Positions 50,463 through 53,942 of a stretch of DNA of 53,942 nt are shown in pieces. Each line of letters opens with the position of its first letter. Position 1 is the first letter of the stretch. The DNA is from Terriglobia bacterium. Lineage in GTDB: Bacteria > Acidobacteriota > Terriglobia > Bryobacterales > Bryobacteraceae. The stretch covers positions 1 through 53,942 of the forward strand of contig JAIQFJ010000001.1 of assembly GCA_020073325.1 (NCBI GenBank), read 5' to 3'. The translations under genes and the position numbers were made by a program. The notes under the pieces were generated by a model. That model ran no database searches and had not been told where the DNA came from. It saw nothing but the letters and a program-made list of their open reading frames with translations.

Positions 50463-51854
50463 TCAGGGAGTAGACCGGTCGGCCAGGAGGGGATCTTTGA
50501 GCCCCTTCCGGCGTCCATTCCAGTAAAAATAAAAGGGAAGTCCGGCGGCAATCAGGCCCAATCCGATGCCTGATTCCCGCGGCGAACTCAGCAGCGTCGA
50601 ATAAAGCAGCGCCAGCGCAACAAATACAAAAAGGACCGGTACCACTGGGTACCCGATTACGCGATAAGGCCGCGGCATCTCCGGGCGTTTCCGGCGCAGC
50701 ACGATGACGGAGGCGGCCGTCATCCCGTAAAGGATCCAGCTTGGGAAGATCACCAGGGTATAGAGCTGGTCGTATTGTCCGCTGAGCGTAATGACGCAGG
50801 AAATCGCTCCGATCAGCAGAATGGCGGGGCCTGGAGTGCGAAACTGCGGCTGGACTTTCCCAATCGAACGGAAGAAAAGGCCGCCCTTCGACATCGCATA
50901 GGGCACGCGCGAGCCGGAAAGAATCGACCCGTTGAGCGCCGCGAAAATCGAGATCATGGCGGCGACGCTCACGGCCGCTCCGCCACCGGTTCCCAGGACG
51001 CGGCGCATCGCATCGGCAGCGACGCGTTCGCTGGCTCCGACCTCGGGACCGCTCAAAACGTAAAAATACGTAAGGTTGGTTAGGAGATAAATCCCGATCA
51101 TCGCGAGCGTCCCAATAATTAAAGATCGGGGCAGATTTTTCTGAGGTTCCTCGATCTCCGAGCCCAGCATACCGGCGTTGTTCCATCCGTCGTAGGCCCA
51201 TAATGCGGCCACCAGAGCGACGAAAAATCCGGCGACACCGCCCGGATGGGGGACCACACCCTGATGGAAATTCGAGCTGTTTCCGTGCGAGGAGACCAGT
51301 CCGGCGACGATTACTCCACCGATCAGCGCCAATTTTACGGCGGTGACGGCGATCTGCACGCTGCCGCCGATGCGCACGCCCAGATAATTGACGGCAGCCA
51401 GAAACGCGATCAGGGCGATTCCGACAAACTGGCCGTAGCGGATCTCGAGCGGCTTGAAATCGGGACCGATGGGCAGCGGGACGGTATAGAACACGGTGCC
51501 GAGCCCCGGGAAAAAATCGCCGAGATAGGTGAAGAATCCCGTGGCGAGCGTCGCAATGGATGCCGGTTTCGCCACCCAGGTTTGGGTCCAGCCGTAAATG
51601 AAGCCGAAAAACGGTCCGTAGGCGGCGTTGAGATAGACGTATTCCCCGCCCGCCCCCGGGAGCGCGGCCGATAGCTCGGCGTAGGTGAGGGCGCCGAACA
51701 ATGTGAGGACGCCGCCGAAGATCCACACGGCGAACACCATCGCCGGCGTGCCGACGGCGTTCACCATTTTCGTGGGGACCAGGAAAATTCCGCTGCCGAT
51801 CGAGGTTCCGATGACGACGGCGACGGCGGCCCAGAAGCCGAGCGCGCGACGCAG
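50463..51854 (-). CDS. APC-family amino acid permease; N-terminus interrupted by an in-frame TAA (possible CTG start or pseudogene)
   Basis: GTSIGSGIFLVP and PGAGGEYVYL motifs with 12-TM-like hydropathy. The conserved TM1 (LRRALGFWAAVAVVIGTSIGSGIF) lies upstream of the first ATG (51767). It is preceded by ATG-CAA-GCA-CAA-CCT-TAA at 51872-51855. Confidence 0.8.
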   Translation of the reverse strand: MRRALGFWAAVAVVIGTSIGSGIFLVPTKMVNAVGTPAMVFAVWIFGGVLTLFGALTYAELSAALPGAGGEYVYLNAAYGPFFGFIYGWTQTWVAKPASIATLATGFFTYLGDFFPGLGTVFYTVPLPIGPDFKPLEIRYGQFVGIALIAFLAAVNYLGVRIGGSVQIAVTAVKLALIGGVIVAGLVSSHGNSSNFHQGVVPHPGGVAGFFVALVAALWAYDGWNNAGMLGSEIEEPQKNLPRSLIIGTLAMIGIYLLTNLTYFYVLSGPEVGASERVAADAMRRVLGTGGGAAVSVAAMISIFAALNGSILSGSRVPYAMSKGGLFFRSIGKVQPQFRTPGPAILLIGAISCVITLSGQYDQLYTLVIFPSWILYGMTAASVIVLRRKRPEMPRPYRVIGYPVVPVLFVFVALALLYSTLLSSPRESGIGLGLIAAGLPFYFYWNGRRKGLKDPLLADRSTP

Positions 51855-51905
51855 TTAAGGTTGTGCTTGCATTCACTCTCCTACGCTAAGGGGCGGCCCC
51901 CCAAT

Positions 51906-53339
51906 TCAATCTTTGGTCCAGACCGAAACGGCCAGGCCCACGGCGAAGGTCGCCGAAGTGCCGATCAGGACGTACCAGGTCCAGGCGATCGGCGTTGCGA
52001 ATCGTACATACAGCATCAGGGCAAGCCCGGCCACCATCGCGATCATGGCCGCTTTCTCGCCGACTCGTTTCGTCAGCAGGCCGAGCAGAAAAACGCCCAG
52101 CAGCGAGCCGTAAATGATCGACGCGATCGAAAGACCGGCCTGGAGGACGCTTCCCCACTGGCGCGCGAGCAGTCCGACGAAGAACAACACGGCCGCCCAT
52201 AGCACCGTCGCGTAACGCGCGCGACGCAGCCAGTCCGAATCGCCGCCCGATCCTTTGACGAGCGGTTTCAGGAAATCCATCACCGTAGTGGACGCAAGCG
52301 AATTGAGCGCCGCGCTGAGATTGGACATCGCCGCCGCTAGAATCGCGGCAATCACCAGGCCCGAAATGCCGACCGGCAGATGTTCCCAGACAAAGAGAGG
52401 ATAGATCCGGTCGGGAACGCTGGGCGCGGCGAGGCGGTGATCCGAATAAAACGTGAACAGGCACACGCCGATCACCAGAAATAACGTGAACTGGACGAAG
52501 ATGACCACCCAGCTCGCCATGAGAGCGGCGCGGCTCTGGCGCTCGGTGGGCGCGGCGAGCAGCCGCTGGACCAGCAACTGTTCGGTTCCATGGCTCGCGG
52601 TGGTGAGAAAACATCCGCCGATGGCGCCCGCCCAGAACGTATAGGTGCGGGTGAAGGAAAGGCCGAAATCGAAGATCTGAAATTTACCCGCCCCGACCTC
52701 GGTGACGTGCTGCCAGCCGCCGGGAATTTCGTGCAGGATCACGACGAAACTGACCACAGCGCCGGCGACGTAGAGAAACATCTGGATGACGTCGGTCCAG
52801 ATCACGGCAGTCATGCCGCCTTCATAGGTATAGAAAAGGGTCAGGCAGAGGATCACCAGGATCGAGGTTTTTTCGCCTGTCCCGAGAATGATCGAGATCA
52901 CCAGGGCGATGGCCACCACGCGCACGCCTTCGGCGAGCGCCCTCAAAATGAGAAAGGTTCCCGCGGTCAGCTTGCGGATCCGCTCGCCGAAACGGCGGCG
53001 CATCAGTTCGTAGGCGGTGTACATCTCGCCGCGGAAATAGGCGGGCAGAAAAAGAATCGAGATGACGATGCGCGCCAGCAGATAGCCGAACACCACCTGC
53101 AGGAATCCAAAATTGCCTTGAAACGACAGTACCGGAGTGCCGATGACGGTCAGAGTGCTGGTTTCCGCGGAGACGATCGAGAGAGCGATGGCCCACCAGG
53201 GCGCGGTCTTGCCGCCGAGAAAATAATCCTTCAGCGTATTCTGCGATTTTCGAAATTGCGCGCCGAACCAGGTGATCCCGGCCAGGTACAGCGCGATCAC
53301 GGACAGGTCAACGCCTCGGGTGGGCCAGCGCATCGGCAA
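51906..53339 (-). CDS. Sodium:solute symporter (SSS) family transporter
   Basis: DYFLGGKTAPWWAIALSIVSAETSTLTVIGTP is a typical SSS N-terminus. About 13 TM segments. Confidence 0.88.
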   Translation of the reverse strand: MPMRWPTRGVDLSVIALYLAGITWFGAQFRKSQNTLKDYFLGGKTAPWWAIALSIVSAETSTLTVIGTPVLSFQGNFGFLQVVFGYLLARIVISILFLPAYFRGEMYTAYELMRRRFGERIRKLTAGTFLILRALAEGVRVVAIALVISIILGTGEKTSILVILCLTLFYTYEGGMTAVIWTDVIQMFLYVAGAVVSFVVILHEIPGGWQHVTEVGAGKFQIFDFGLSFTRTYTFWAGAIGGCFLTTASHGTEQLLVQRLLAAPTERQSRAALMASWVVIFVQFTLFLVIGVCLFTFYSDHRLAAPSVPDRIYPLFVWEHLPVGISGLVIAAILAAAMSNLSAALNSLASTTVMDFLKPLVKGSGGDSDWLRRARYATVLWAAVLFFVGLLARQWGSVLQAGLSIASIIYGSLLGVFLLGLLTKRVGEKAAMIAMVAGLALMLYVRFATPIAWTWYVLIGTSATFAVGLAVSVWTKD

Positions 53340-53410
53340 AGGACAAGGATACCTTGGGTTGCCGGAAAGCGGATGTTTGGTGGATTCCGGGTGTGGCTGC
53401 GCTGGATCGA

Positions 53411-53569
53411 GCGGAGCTGAAGCTCCGCGCGGGCTGAAGCCCGCCCTCCTTAGCGCGGATATGCGAAGGATTTCGCGGCGAATATCCGCATTGTTCGTGG
53501 AGCGGGCCTGCGATGATTTTTTCCGCCTGAGCGGCGCGGCTCAAAGCCGCGCGCAGGCTGCAAGCCTGC
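53411..53569. repeat. Array of five GC-rich hairpins (REP/BIME-like) between truB and the SSS gene
   Basis: GCGGAGC-TGAA-GCTCCGC (53411-53428). GCGGGC-TGAA-GCCCGC (53429-53444). GCGGATAT...ATATCCGC (53455-53489). GCGCGGCT-CAA-AGCCGCGC (53534-53552). GCAGGC-TGCAA-GCCTGC (53553-53569). Confidence 0.7.
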
Positions 53570-53575
53570 CCCACT

Positions 53576-53942
53576 CTACAGGACCAGGACCGGATGATAG
53601 AGGTTCGGCAGCAGGGCCTCGCCGATGGCCACGAGGTCGCCTTGCGGCGACACCGCCTTCACGTAGCGAGATCCCGAGCGAACCTGAAACGGCGACACAC
53701 GGAAATCGCGTCCATTGCGAATCTGGCCGGCGGTGATCGAGTCAACCATTTCCATGGGAAACTCCGGCAGCAACTGCGCCGCGGGGATCAGCGCTTCGTT
53801 CAGCCGGTCTTCGGCCGCCAGGTGCGCCAGCGTCTCCAGTGTCCGCGCGGATTCGATCTTAAAATCTCCCGACGCGGTCCGCCGCAGCGATTTGAGAAAC
53901 GCTCCGCAGCCCATCGCCTGACCCGCGTCGTGCGCGATGCTG
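53576..53942 (-). CDS. truB: tRNA pseudouridine(55) synthase, C-terminal part (gene continues past the right edge)
   Basis: SIAHDAGQAMGCGAFLKSLRRTASGDF followed by a PUA-like C-terminus. The frame is open to the window end. Confidence 0.85.
   Translation of the reverse strand, partial: SIAHDAGQAMGCGAFLKSLRRTASGDFKIESARTLETLAHLAAEDRLNEALIPAAQLLPEFPMEMVDSITAGQIRNGRDFRVSPFQVRSGSRYVKAVSPQGDLVAIGEALLPNLYHPVLVL

Overview
GC-rich, densely coding bacterial chromosomal window with about 47 protein genes and no rRNA, tRNA or CRISPR. The protein families suggest Acidobacteriota: an acidobacterial-type VWFA protein, TolB-N-like modules and many secreted Ig/beta-propeller proteins. This taxonomic call is inference only. 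Most of the window is housekeeping: dus, fabI, recG, rsmD, ppx, split transketolase, recO, glyQS, ppdK, rnhA, pyrF, selD, truB. Envelope and polysaccharide genes, transporters and one ECF sigma module lie between them. No classical defence or mobile-element genes were seen. The least-explained parts are as follows. (1) selD is a UGA (selenocysteine) gene whose N-terminus the ORF track misses. (2) A 68-aa HisKA_3-like DHp-only protein is translationally coupled to the split transketolase and is followed by a NarL-type response regulator. (3) Two families of structured intergenic repeats are present, including a 131-bp nested palindrome and a 197-bp-period tandem duplication that copies the 3' end of a TPR gene. 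(4) An APC permease has an in-frame TAA at codon 6. (5) Twin 18-bp perfect palindromes lie upstream of a small double AT-hook protein next to selD. (6) Several uncharacterised secreted-protein operons are present. All family assignments come from motif recognition by eye and need HMM/BLAST confirmation.
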